Shown: positions 17,810-27,683 of the stretch, one piece after another
Position numbering within the stretch: position 1 is the stretch's first letter
Layout of the letters: each line of letters begins with the position of its first letter
Assembly (NCBI GenBank): GCA_003670925.1
Contig: QWQG01000198.1
Location: forward strand, 10,994 to 74,993
Source: Planctomycetota bacterium
GTDB taxonomy: Bacteria > Planctomycetota > Planctomycetia > Planctomycetales > Planctomycetaceae
Reading direction: 5' to 3'
DNA length: 64,000 bases
Position numbers and translations under genes: made by a program
Notes under the pieces: generated by a model
Seen by the model: the letters and a program-made list of their open reading frames with translations, nothing else
Told to the model about the DNA's origin: nothing
Database searches by the model: none

Positions 17810-20767
17810 ATGGAATTCATCACCCGCGACCAAAAAAGCACTGGCGAATCGACCACAGATTGGTCGTCAGAGACTCTGCGCCAGTGGCCTACTGCGTTGA
17901 CGAATGAACGAAATCCTTGGTGTCGATCGTCCCAGTCAGGCGGCTCGCGTCGCATTGGCATTTTGATTTTATTTCTTTGCCTACTGTTTTGTTCCACAGT
18001 TGCTTGCAAGGCAGACGATGCAGCGCCGAGTTGGTTGCCGCCGAAAAATAACAGTGTCACTCAAGTCACCCGTGTTGAGATTCCTGAAAACGGCTCGAGC
18101 GCCCATCGATTTCGAATCCATAACGCAGGAGTGCATGAAGCACTGATCTTCAAGTTACCACGCACGGTCTCACGTTTGCACCACGATTTCGAAGCATCGA
18201 TCAACGTGGTTGCTTCGGCCGCTGGAGCTCGGCCCGGTCTAATCATCATGCTGCCCCAACAGATTGATCCGAGAACAGGCCAGCCGCTGCAGACTATTAT
18301 TCGCGGCGACGCGTTGCGCGAGATCGATGTGGCAAAAACGCTTTCCGTAAAGGCGACGAAACAGGCGATCGATGCCCAAATGCGGATTCTGCGTGCGGAA
18401 CTGCATCAGCCATACCTCAAAGCTCAGGGAATCATCGTCATTGGTCTGGCAGTCGTGTTTGATGCGACTCCAGGTGAACACTTCATTGAATTTGGAGAAG
18501 TCGCATATGGTCCCGTAATTCCACCAGATGACGACACGCTCGCTTTAGCTACCGATGCTTTTGGAACTCAGAAGTCGATCACGCCTGCCGGGGGCACTTA
18601 TCGACCTCTCGATATTTCGTTGGATTCGATTCAGCTGAATCATGAATCCGTCATTCTGCGGATGGCACCGGATCATGGTGAATCGATTGAGATGTTGCAC
18701 CAATTGGGCCTGAACACGATGTGGGGGCAGGACTTTGGTGCGACCGAACGGGCGCGTGAGTTATACGATTCTGGTTTCGCTGTTCTTGTCACTCCACCGC
18801 ATCCAGAATTTGAGCCTGGTGATTTTTCAAAGCTGCGGCAGGCACTTCCGCCGCTTGATCAACAGTGTCCCAACGCTTCCGGTTGGTATTTGGGGACGCG
18901 CGTGTCGCGTGAAAAATTGACGCATCTGCTGGCATGGTCCCGTGAGGTTCGCAGCGGTGATCGAATCTTTCAGCGACCTCAGCTGGCAGATCTCACCGAA
19001 GCCGAAGGTGCCGCAGCTCGGGAAATTGATCTGATCGGTATCGGACGTCACGTCATTGGACGCTCCGAGAGTTTTGGTGAACTTCGAAATCTCCTTTTCC
19101 GCCGCCGTCGCTCTGGCGGACAGCTGGCTTTTCCGTGGACATGGATTCAGATCGAACCATCCTCGTCACAGCGAGCATGGCGTTCTGCCATGAAGCTGGA
19201 ACAGACATATGTGGAGCCGGAGCAAATTCAGCATCAGGTTTATGCCGCCATCTCGGCAGGCTGCAAAGGTATTGGATTTTGGAAAACAGTCCCGTTGCAG
19301 CCCGACGATCCACGTGATCAAGAGACGGCGATCGCGATCGAGTTGGCCTGTTTGGAAATCACACTTTTAGAACCGTTGCTGGCGCGTGGCCGCTTGGATG
19401 GTCACTTAAGTTTGCAACCAGCGTCCGAGAAAGCGGCAGCGTCCGAACCGGGATTTGGCCGCAAAAGTCCATCAGGAATTCAAGCCGCTCTGGGCAGCGG
19501 AAATATTTCCGCCAGTGCGGGAACTTCTGAAGCGCCATCAGGCTCCGATGCGGCAGTATTCACCGCCGACCGCGCGATGTTGATTTTGCCGATGAGTTGG
19601 GATGAATCCTCACAAATCGTGCCCGGCCCGATGTATGAACGCAGCATTGAACTTACCGTGGCAGCGACAGAAACTGCGTCGGCCTATCAGATCTCCACGA
19701 CGGGAATTCATTACATTCCCCGAGACGTCAGAGCAGGCGGGCTGCATGTGCGAATCAACGACTTTGACCGCTGTGCGGCAATTGTTGTGTCGTCGGATCA
19801 GGAGTTGTTTCGGACACTGGAAGCTCGCGTGCATGGCATGGCGGAACGTGTGGCGACGCAATCGACAAAACTAGCCAACTTGAAATATTTACGCGTGCTG
19901 CAGGTTGTGGAGGCTCTGCGGGCAGAACACCGCGTGCCGCGCGGCGGTGATGCCTTGCTTTCAGCGGCCAAACAGGCGTTGGATCGAGCAGAACATGAAC
20001 TCTCAAGTCGCGACTTTGACGAGGCTGCAATCCGGAGCAATGCTTGCTTAAGAATGCTGCGACAAGTACAGCAAATCTGCTGGAATGATGCCATCGCAGA
20101 ACTCTGCGCTCCCGCACAGTCGCCGCATACACTCTCGTTCACAACGTTGCCGCAACACTGGAAGCTGATGCACTATGTGACTCAACAGAGCAGTCGCATT
20201 TCAGACAACCTGCTGCCATCCGGGGATTTTGAAAACGTGCGGCTGTTTTCGGAAGACGGCTGGCAACGTGATGCCGCACCTGATTCGCCGTTCTCCAGCA
20301 CGGCAGATCTTATCAATGAACCATCAACTGATAACACCGTCCTGCAATTAAAGGCTTGGCAATCACGCACTGGCCCGACGCCGGACGGCACTCCGTTGTC
20401 CCTGAGCACTCCCGGGATTTCAGTTGAATCTGGTGATGTGATGCTGGTGCGTGGTCGGTTGCGAAAGGGACGAACAGTGTCCGGAACGTCGCCCCGTCCT
20501 ACACTGATCTTCGACTCCGAGCTCGGGCCAGAAAGTGGCTTGCGGCTGAAGCTGACGCAGGATTGGCAGACATTTGAACTCATTCGTCCGATTTCAGCCG
20601 CCTCAGAATTCCGGGTATCATTTGCCCTAACCGGCCAAGCTGAGATTCAGTTAGATGATTTGGAAATCCAAAAACTGCCCCCGGCTGAAACTCCTAGGAT
20701 GCTGCAACTTACCGGCGACGAGGCGGAAGTCCCGTGCGAGATTCGTGAACCATCCTCCCGGATTTGA
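17810..20767 (+). CDS. Large secreted protein of unknown function (possible glycoside-hydrolase-like core and C-terminal CBM-like module)
   Basis: 985-aa ORF. Hydrophobic signal-like segment RRIGILILFLCLLFCSTVACKADD. No catalytic motif that I can name. The C-terminal beta-sandwich-like region is LPSGDFENVRLF...QAEIQLDDLEIQK. The true start may lie downstream of 17810. Confidence 0.65.
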   Translation: MEFITRDQKSTGESTTDWSSETLRQWPTALTNERNPWCRSSQSGGSRRIGILILFLCLLFCSTVACKADDAAPSWLPPKNNSVTQVTRVEIPENGSSAHRFRIHNAGVHEALIFKLPRTVSRLHHDFEASINVVASAAGARPGLIIMLPQQIDPRTGQPLQTIIRGDALREIDVAKTLSVKATKQAIDAQMRILRAELHQPYLKAQGIIVIGLAVVFDATPGEHFIEFGEVAYGPVIPPDDDTLALATDAFGTQKSITPAGGTYRPLDISLDSIQLNHESVILRMAPDHGESIEMLHQLGLNTMWGQDFGATERARELYDSGFAVLVTPPHPEFEPGDFSKLRQALPPLDQQCPNASGWYLGTRVSREKLTHLLAWSREVRSGDRIFQRPQLADLTEAEGAAAREIDLIGIGRHVIGRSESFGELRNLLFRRRRSGGQLAFPWTWIQIEPSSSQRAWRSAMKLEQTYVEPEQIQHQVYAAISAGCKGIGFWKTVPLQPDDPRDQETAIAIELACLEITLLEPLLARGRLDGHLSLQPASEKAAASEPGFGRKSPSGIQAALGSGNISASAGTSEAPSGSDAAVFTADRAMLILPMSWDESSQIVPGPMYERSIELTVAATETASAYQISTTGIHYIPRDVRAGGLHVRINDFDRCAAIVVSSDQELFRTLEARVHGMAERVATQSTKLANLKYLRVLQVVEALRAEHRVPRGGDALLSAAKQALDRAEHELSSRDFDEAAIRSNACLRMLRQVQQICWNDAIAELCAPAQSPHTLSFTTLPQHWKLMHYVTQQSSRISDNLLPSGDFENVRLFSEDGWQRDAAPDSPFSSTADLINEPSTDNTVLQLKAWQSRTGPTPDGTPLSLSTPGISVESGDVMLVRGRLRKGRTVSGTSPRPTLIFDSELGPESGLRLKLTQDWQTFELIRPISAASEFRVSFALTGQAEIQLDDLEIQKLPPAETPRMLQLTGDEAEVPCEIREPSSRI

Positions 20768-20909
20768 CACCAATTGGAGGCCAAACTGCGGAATTTGCAA
20801 CCGCACTTGCGTGACTCTCGGCAGTCGATATAACCTTGGCTGGGAAAATGGTGAGGAAACCATCGCTTTACGTCGCGCGGTAGAGGATCGGGGCTAAAGG
20901 ATGGCACAT

Positions 20910-21011
20910 TCGTTTAACCGCGTGGGCACCTCCCCGGGCTTCGTATTTCAAATCTCAAATACGAAATTTCAAACAGGACAATCGCGGCCCGCTGGGCAGG
21001 CGGTTAAACGA
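20910..21011. repeat. 12-bp inverted repeat (TCGTTTAACCGC / GCGGTTAAACGA) enclosing a 78-nt segment with an inner hairpin
   Basis: The left arm is at 20910-20921 and the right arm at 21000-21011. The inner stem is CGTATTT / AAATACG around 20942-20963. The element lies between the 985-aa gene and fba. Confidence 0.6.
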
Positions 21012-21138
21012 GTCAATAATCCCCGCGTGCGGTCTGATGCACAAAGGTTTTTTTGCGCGAATGGTCCCTGACCCATTTTCTAAACGTGATTTTCCAGAAA
21101 ATTCCGATCTCTATTCTGATTCAAGGCTTTCTGAACCA

Positions 21139-22170
21139 ATGCCAATTGCCACACCAAAACAATACGCCCAAATGCTCGATGCCGCTCAGAAGGGTAACTA
21201 CGCATATCCAGCGATCAACGTCACCTCGATTATCACCATCAACGCCGCACTCAAGGCATTTTCAGATGCGAAATCGGACGGCATTATTCAGTTCTCAACC
21301 GGTGCCGGTGAATTCGCATCGGGGCTCAACGTCAAGGACGCCGTCTTCGGAACACTGGTCCTCGCCGAAGCTGCGCATCGCCTTGCGGAAAAACACAATG
21401 TGCTCATTGGCCTGCACACAGATCATTGCCAGCCTAAAAAAGTCGACAGCTTCCTAAAGCCGCTGATTGCAGCGACGTCCGCTCGACGCAAAGCCGGAAA
21501 TGGAAACCTGTTCAACTCACATATGTTCGACGGTTCCGAATTGCCTCTCGACAAAAACATGGCCACGAGCAAAGACCTGCTGAAGCTGTGCGCGGACAAC
21601 GAAATTATCTTGGAAGTCGAAGCGGGCGTCGTGGGTGGCGAAGAAGACGGTATCGATCATTCCGGGATAGCTAACGACAAACTGTACACGACACCGGAAG
21701 ACATGGTCGCCGTGCATGAAGCCCTGCATGGGCTGGGACGATTTATGTTTGCGGCGACGTTCGGCAACGTCCACGGTCACTACAAACCAGGTGCGGTGAA
21801 GCTAAAGCCGGAAATTTTGCGCGATGGTCAAAAGGCCGTCACGGCAAAGTACGGCAAAGATGCGGCATTCGACTTAGTCTTCCACGGCGGGTCAGGAACG
21901 CCGGCGGTCCAGCTGCAGGAAACGCTTGAGTACGGTGTGATCAAGATGAACATTGACACCGACACGCAGTATGCGTTCACGCGTCCGGTCGTCGATTTTA
22001 TGCTCAAACACTATGACGAAGTACTGATGATCGACGGCGAAATCGGTTCTAAGAAAGCCTATGATCCACGCACGTGGCTGAAGCTTGCAGAAGCTGGCGT
22101 CGCGAACCGCATGATCCGTGCGTGCAATGAGCTGAAGAGCACTGGTCAGACAATCTTCGGCACCGTATAA
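21139..22170 (+). CDS. fba: Class II fructose-bisphosphate aldolase
   Basis: ATG at 21139 gives MPIATPKQYAQMLDAAQKGNYAYPAINV. Metal-site motifs LHTDHC and FGNVHG are present. Confidence 0.92.
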   Translation: MPIATPKQYAQMLDAAQKGNYAYPAINVTSIITINAALKAFSDAKSDGIIQFSTGAGEFASGLNVKDAVFGTLVLAEAAHRLAEKHNVLIGLHTDHCQPKKVDSFLKPLIAATSARRKAGNGNLFNSHMFDGSELPLDKNMATSKDLLKLCADNEIILEVEAGVVGGEEDGIDHSGIANDKLYTTPEDMVAVHEALHGLGRFMFAATFGNVHGHYKPGAVKLKPEILRDGQKAVTAKYGKDAAFDLVFHGGSGTPAVQLQETLEYGVIKMNIDTDTQYAFTRPVVDFMLKHYDEVLMIDGEIGSKKAYDPRTWLKLAEAGVANRMIRACNELKSTGQTIFGTV

Positions 22171-22224
22171 GTCTGCAACAGAGCCCTGCGCGATCCCGTT
22201 GAGACAAGTGACAACAAACTTTAC

Positions 22225-22263
22225 AAGCCCGGCATTTTGTGAAAGATGCCGGGCTTTTTTGTT
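22225..22263 (+). terminator. Rho-independent terminator of fba
   Basis: An 11-bp stem AAGCCCGGCAT / ATGCCGGGCTT with a 10-nt loop, followed by TTTTGTT. Confidence 0.8.
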
Positions 22264-22449
22264 GCGATCCTTGGCTGCTCGGGCGACCAATCTAAACTGT
22301 CAGTAAAAAGACGGCAAAGAACTCCAAAATCGACGTTGGGGCATTCACACCGAAATCGTAACTAGTGCAACTGGAAACTAAACCGTTATTATCCTCCGCA
22401 AATACTTCTGATTCACTTGTTCAGCCCTGCTTTATCATTGAGTCTTAAA

Positions 22450-23799
22450 ATGCTGCCACTGAAATATGTTTTGCTTTTATGGATTGCCATTTATCAGGAC
22501 TATCAGTGCTGCTTGGCGACCGACGATTCATTAGCAGTGGCCACAAAGGGGGTCCCGACGGAATTGTTCGGTTACGTCGCTAGGCCTGAACCCGACTTCG
22601 CCTGGAAGCTCGCGGACACGCTCGAACTAGGAACGAACAAGGTTCATCGCCTCGAACTGACTTCGCAGAAGTGGCAAGGCATTCTGTGGAAACACAATTT
22701 GATTGTGTACGAACCAACTCAGCTGATTCATCAGGACCATATCCTGATCTTTATCAACGGAGGAGGCATGGACAGTGTTGGCAAGACTCCGCAAATCAAA
22801 GACATGGCGATGGGTATCGCGTTGGCGAACTTCTGCGGAGCCAGAATTGCCACATTGCATCAGGTTCCTAATCAGCCACTACTTGATGGCAGGAAAGAAG
22901 ATGATCTGATCACTGAAACATGGCTCAAGTATCTGGAATCAGGTGATGCCACATGGCCGCTGCTGTTTCCCATGGCCAAGAGCGCGGTGAAAGCGATGGA
23001 CGCATTGGAGCAGTTTTCGGAACAGGAATTCAAGCAGCCGGTCAAAGGATTTGTCATCACAGGTGCCTCAAAACGGGGTTGGACAAGCTGGCTGACATCC
23101 GTTGTCGACACACGCATCATCGCGACCGCACCCATCGTGATCGATACGCTCAACTTTCCAAAGCAGATGACACATCAGAAAAAGACATGGGGCTTTTACA
23201 GCGAGCAGATTGCGGACTACACCAGTAAGGGGTTAGTCAACGACGACGGAATCCCACGAGATGGTCGTGAAGCCGAACTCTGGGAAATGATGGACCCATA
23301 TACGTATCGCGCTCAGCTTACGATGCCAAAACTTCTGGTCGTTGGTGCCAACGATCGTTATTGGTCGGTGGATGCCATGAATCTATACTGGGATGATCTT
23401 GTCGGCCAGAAGCATATCCACCGCGCTCCTAACGGGGGACACGGACTTGACGACGGAAAAGAAAATGCCCTGAAGACCATTGCCGTCTTCTTCCGTCATG
23501 CTGCGGCGGGGATAACGCTGCCAGAGTTTACTTGGAAACCGCAGGTATCGGATGCCGAAGTCGGCCTGACCATGACATCATCGGGTAATCCGCAGGCGGT
23601 GCGCATGTGGGTCGCGCGCTCGGATTCCAACGATTTCCGCGAATCAAAATGGACAGCGCAACAACTGACGGCAACGGATGGACGTTTTAGCGGTGCTGCG
23701 CTAAGATCCGGCGAACAGCGTGTTGCCGTATTTGGAGAAGCGGAGTACGAATACGAAGGCTTAACATATTTGCTCTCGACGCTCGTATTCTGGAAATAG
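22450..23799 (+). CDS. PhoPQ-activated pathogenicity-related (PqaA-type) alpha/beta-fold protein
   Basis: ATG at 22450 with a signal peptide. The family-like core is ITGASKRGWTSWLTSVVDTRIIATAPIVIDTLNF. Confidence 0.65.
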   Translation: MLPLKYVLLLWIAIYQDYQCCLATDDSLAVATKGVPTELFGYVARPEPDFAWKLADTLELGTNKVHRLELTSQKWQGILWKHNLIVYEPTQLIHQDHILIFINGGGMDSVGKTPQIKDMAMGIALANFCGARIATLHQVPNQPLLDGRKEDDLITETWLKYLESGDATWPLLFPMAKSAVKAMDALEQFSEQEFKQPVKGFVITGASKRGWTSWLTSVVDTRIIATAPIVIDTLNFPKQMTHQKKTWGFYSEQIADYTSKGLVNDDGIPRDGREAELWEMMDPYTYRAQLTMPKLLVVGANDRYWSVDAMNLYWDDLVGQKHIHRAPNGGHGLDDGKENALKTIAVFFRHAAAGITLPEFTWKPQVSDAEVGLTMTSSGNPQAVRMWVARSDSNDFRESKWTAQQLTATDGRFSGAALRSGEQRVAVFGEAEYEYEGLTYLLSTLVFWK

Positions 23800-24027
23800 G
23801 CAGGTTCCGCTGCGTGGGGCAACAAAGACTGTAAGTCCTTGCTGTTTTTTCAACGCCGTGTGGCGCATTCAGCGATATTCCGCTGACCATCAGAGCATCG
23901 CGGGATTCCTGTCATCGCGGATGAGGGCATCCTCAGTTGAATTCGGTGAACTCCGCCGCGAAACTACGGATCATCCGGATGGCAACATCTTCTCCTTCCT
24001 GTTCCCGAACGTATCAATTCAAGCACC

Positions 24028-25296
24028 ATGCAAAAGCCCCTTCCATTCGACGCTGCCACAGTGAGTCGGATTGCTGAACAATACCCGACTCCGTTTTACC
24101 TGTACCATGAACAGGGAATGCGGGAGACCACTCGGCAACTCAACGCCGCCTTTGCGTGGTGTCCGGGTTTCCGCGAATACTTTGCGGTTAAGGCTTTGCC
24201 AAATCCTTACGTCCTCGAGGTATTAAAGGAGGAAGGTTTGGGCGCGGACTGTTCCAGTCTTGCAGAACTCGACCTTGCAGAACGAGTCGGTCTGACTCGC
24301 GAAGATTTGATGTTCACGTCCAATAATACTCAAGCCCATGAGTATCAGAAGGCAGCGGATTTGGGGGCCATCATCAATCTGGATGATTTGTCGCATATCG
24401 ACTATTTGAAAGCACACGTCGGTTTGCCGGATCTGCTCTGTTTTCGCTACAACCCCGGTTCCGCGCGGGAGGGCAATGTGATTATCGGCAAGCCGGAAGA
24501 AGCCAAGTACGGCTTCACCGAGGCACAGCTCTTTGAAGGATATGCCATTCTGAAAGCTGCTGGCGTCAAGCGGTTCGGCCTGCACACCATGGTGGCCTCC
24601 AATGAGCTGAATGGTGCCTTTTTTGTCGAAACGGCGCGGATGGTGTTTGAGCTGGCTGTGCGGATTCATGAGCAGCTCGGCGTGCGGATCGAATTCGTGA
24701 ATCTTGGGGGGGGCATCGGAATCCCATACCGCCCTGAACATCAAGCTGTAGATTTGGAGGCTGTCGGGCAGGGAGTTCAGCAAGCCTACAACGCCATGAT
24801 CAGCGGCACGCCGCTGGACCCGCTTAAAGTGATGATGGAGAACGGCCGCGTGATCACGGGGCCACATGGTTTTCTTGTCACAACTGCGATTCATCACAAA
24901 CATATCTATCGAGATTACGTCGGCGTCGATGCCTGTATGTCGAATTTGATGCGGCCCGGCATGTACGGCGCCTATCATCACATTACCGTCCTAGGCAAAG
25001 AAAATGCACCTCATGATCGCATCGTAGATGTCGTCGGTTCACTCTGTGAAAACAACGACAAGTTCGCCATCAACCGCCCACTGCCAGCAGTCGAACGCGG
25101 CGACCTGCTTGTGATTCACGATGCCGGGGCCCACGGCCATGCGATGGGGTTTCAATACAATGGCAAACTGCGTTGTGCTGAACTGCTCATGAAGCCGGAT
25201 GGATCTGTTAAAATGATCCGCCGGGCAGAAACGCACGACGACTATTTTGCCACCCTAGATTTTTCAGGACTGGCAGGACTGCGACGCTCTGATTGA
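24028..25296 (+). CDS. PLP-dependent decarboxylase, Orn/DAP/Arg decarboxylase family (LysA-like)
   Basis: PLP-lysine context EYFAVKALPNP, glycine loop GGGIGIPY, and active-site Cys region GSLCENNDKF. Substrate cannot be assigned from sequence. Confidence 0.8.
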   Translation: MQKPLPFDAATVSRIAEQYPTPFYLYHEQGMRETTRQLNAAFAWCPGFREYFAVKALPNPYVLEVLKEEGLGADCSSLAELDLAERVGLTREDLMFTSNNTQAHEYQKAADLGAIINLDDLSHIDYLKAHVGLPDLLCFRYNPGSAREGNVIIGKPEEAKYGFTEAQLFEGYAILKAAGVKRFGLHTMVASNELNGAFFVETARMVFELAVRIHEQLGVRIEFVNLGGGIGIPYRPEHQAVDLEAVGQGVQQAYNAMISGTPLDPLKVMMENGRVITGPHGFLVTTAIHHKHIYRDYVGVDACMSNLMRPGMYGAYHHITVLGKENAPHDRIVDVVGSLCENNDKFAINRPLPAVERGDLLVIHDAGAHGHAMGFQYNGKLRCAELLMKPDGSVKMIRRAETHDDYFATLDFSGLAGLRRSD

Positions 25297-25381
25297 GCTT
25301 TACTCGTCGAACCGCGTGCCCACCGGGCCGCGCGGTTAGATGTTCCCTGTTGCCCGCGCACTCTCAGTCAGGAGACGCAAC

Positions 25382-25741
25382 ATGCCGTTCATCGATCTCA
25401 GCACGTTTCCATTCATCGAACCTGTCCCTGGATGCCGCATGCGAACTCCGCATGGGCAGAATTTGATGTTGTCGTATCTTGAAATGGAAGCCGGCGCCGA
25501 AGTGCCGATGCACCACCATCCGCATGAACAGGGCGGGATTTTGCTTCAGGGGAAAGTTCAGTTGACGATCGGTGACGAAACACGCATAGTGGAAGCCGGT
25601 TCACTTTTCATCATCCCCCCGAACGTGCCACATCGAGCCGTCGCAATCGATGGACGGGCCGTCGTGCTGGACGTGTTCAGTCCGATCCGTGAAGATTACG
25701 CGGAACTGGCAAATCGATACATCCCGGCGCTAGATGCATAG
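25382..25741 (+). CDS. Cupin-domain protein
   Basis: ATG at 25382 behind AGGAGA. The cupin metal motifs are MHHHPHEQGGILLQG and PPNVPHRA. Confidence 0.8.
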   Translation: MPFIDLSTFPFIEPVPGCRMRTPHGQNLMLSYLEMEAGAEVPMHHHPHEQGGILLQGKVQLTIGDETRIVEAGSLFIIPPNVPHRAVAIDGRAVVLDVFSPIREDYAELANRYIPALDA

Positions 25742-25945
25742 CAATTTTCAGGGCGGCCAGTCTCAGGTGGTGCTCAAAAGCCTTGCCATTCAATTCCAGA
25801 TATCGCCCTGAGCCACCTGGCTTCATTTGGCTCCGCTGAGACACGAGTTTTCTTTGGAGCTGAACTCCATGAGCTGCCTTTTGTCGCTCGACTGATCGTG
25901 CGAGAACAACCGTTTTCCGCAGTTGGAAGATGTGCTTCTGACGAG

Positions 25946-27538
25946 CTATTTACTGGGCGTTATCCACGGGATTGAGCCATCAACGGCGAGGTGCATCGGA
26001 CTATCGATGACGGTTGCACATTTCTCACCATCTTGTGTCTCGTCACAGTTAAACAGCACCGCCCAGACGAAGTTATCCCAGCGTTTCACAAGGATTGCCG
26101 ATGAGCCTGCCAACAGGCCATTGTGCCACAAGTTTACACTCTCATGCTCGTCAATTGACCTCACATTCCAACCAAGTCCGTACCAAGTATCGTTTTCGGA
26201 GCTGGCAAATGACGGTCGCTCCTGCAGCAGCCGTTGGGTGTCGGGTTTGAGAAGTGGTTCGGAGGCTGAATCAATGGCGATCACAAATCGCACAAGATCG
26301 GATGCGGTCGATGTCCATCCTCCGTGCGAATCCATAACCTCGATGTCAAACTGTCCATAGGGCGCTTGTACGAGTTCAAACTCGCCTGATTTTTCTGCAT
26401 GGGCCGCATCCCAGATTGCCGGAAACGTCTTCAGCGTCTGGGTGTAATAATGAGTCTCATCTTCAGCACGATCGGCGAGTCTTGTTTTCGCGAGCCGCGT
26501 CTGGGTCATCCCCGCTGGCTTCAAAATTCGCGCAGTTACAAATGCTGCATAAGGCTGCCCACTGGCGACTTCGATTATTCTCCCCAACAGGCAATAACCA
26601 AAGTTTGAATACTGATATTCGGTGCCGGGTTCAAAGTCTAGCGGTTGAGCCAACTGGGAGCGAACAATGTCCGGGATGCGGGCCAGTTGTTTGAGGTCGA
26701 GTTTACGGCTGATCGCAAGCAATTCGAACATCGGATCTTTGGATTTGTCGCGACTCCAGCCGCCGCAATGCTGGAGCAGGTGTCGGATCGTCACACGCCC
26801 CCATGCAGGATCGGCATCTTGCGGGAGTGTGAAATTGTTATCGCGGACAAGGTAGTCAATGACATGGTCATCCAGCTTCAACTTACCATCTTCAACCAAG
26901 AGCAGGAGGGCGACGGCGGTAATCGGCTTGGAAATACTAGCGATCCGCATCGTCGTATTCGGAGCCAGCGGTGTTTGCTGTTCCAGATCCGCATACCCGA
27001 AGCCGCGTTCGTAGATGATCATCCCGTCCTTTGCGACAGTCAGGGTAGCGCCAGGGATGTTGTTGTCGGTCAGCGTCTTTAGCAGGAGTTCGTTGATTGG
27101 CTCAAGGTTCTTTCCCAGTTCTCCTGTAACGGGAGTCGAGCCTGCGGGCATTTTCAATAATACGATGTTATCTGTTTTCTGGACCCAGATGGAGGAGTGT
27201 AACTTTTCGCGGCCATTCGGGATGACGCGATGGATCGTGTTTTTGAAACCATCTTCGGTATATCGCTTTCTGGCATCACGAAATTCCTGCTCCGAGATAT
27301 TCACCTGAATCAGCCATGCGAGTTGGTTCTTGTTTGGCTTTGCAATAACATCAAAGACGGCCTTTCTTTCAACGACTCTGACGCGAAGATCGCTGATAAT
27401 CTGTCCCTGCGATGTCAATTGATCGACGTAGGCAGCCAACTCCGTTGCGGAAATGCCCTTGCGCTCAAGAGTTTCGTCAGCGGCATCCGCCGCGACAGTC
27501 AGCAACGAAAATAGCGTCAGCGTGAAAATCAGTCGCAT
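25946..27538 (-). CDS. Secreted serine hydrolase (beta-lactamase/PBP fold) with N-terminal repeat domain
   Basis: Signal peptide present. SxxK motif SISK and YxN motif YSN. The N-terminal 120 aa resemble the structural repeat seen N-terminal to polyglycine-hydrolase-type beta-lactamase-fold enzymes. Confidence 0.85.
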   Translation of the reverse strand: MRLIFTLTLFSLLTVAADAADETLERKGISATELAAYVDQLTSQGQIISDLRVRVVERKAVFDVIAKPNKNQLAWLIQVNISEQEFRDARKRYTEDGFKNTIHRVIPNGREKLHSSIWVQKTDNIVLLKMPAGSTPVTGELGKNLEPINELLLKTLTDNNIPGATLTVAKDGMIIYERGFGYADLEQQTPLAPNTTMRIASISKPITAVALLLLVEDGKLKLDDHVIDYLVRDNNFTLPQDADPAWGRVTIRHLLQHCGGWSRDKSKDPMFELLAISRKLDLKQLARIPDIVRSQLAQPLDFEPGTEYQYSNFGYCLLGRIIEVASGQPYAAFVTARILKPAGMTQTRLAKTRLADRAEDETHYYTQTLKTFPAIWDAAHAEKSGEFELVQAPYGQFDIEVMDSHGGWTSTASDLVRFVIAIDSASEPLLKPDTQRLLQERPSFASSENDTWYGLGWNVRSIDEHESVNLWHNGLLAGSSAILVKRWDNFVWAVLFNCDETQDGEKCATVIDSPMHLAVDGSIPWITPSK

Positions 27539-27683
27539 GGTTGTAACTCCGTGTTACCTGAGTTAAGACGAGCCGCATCCAAATTTACCGTACCGGAATT
27601 GGGAAGAATTCGGGAAGTTTCTAACACCTTCCGCATTCAGCTCCGGAACCGAGCAGCAGGTTCCCCCCGCGCGCCTCAAGGTA

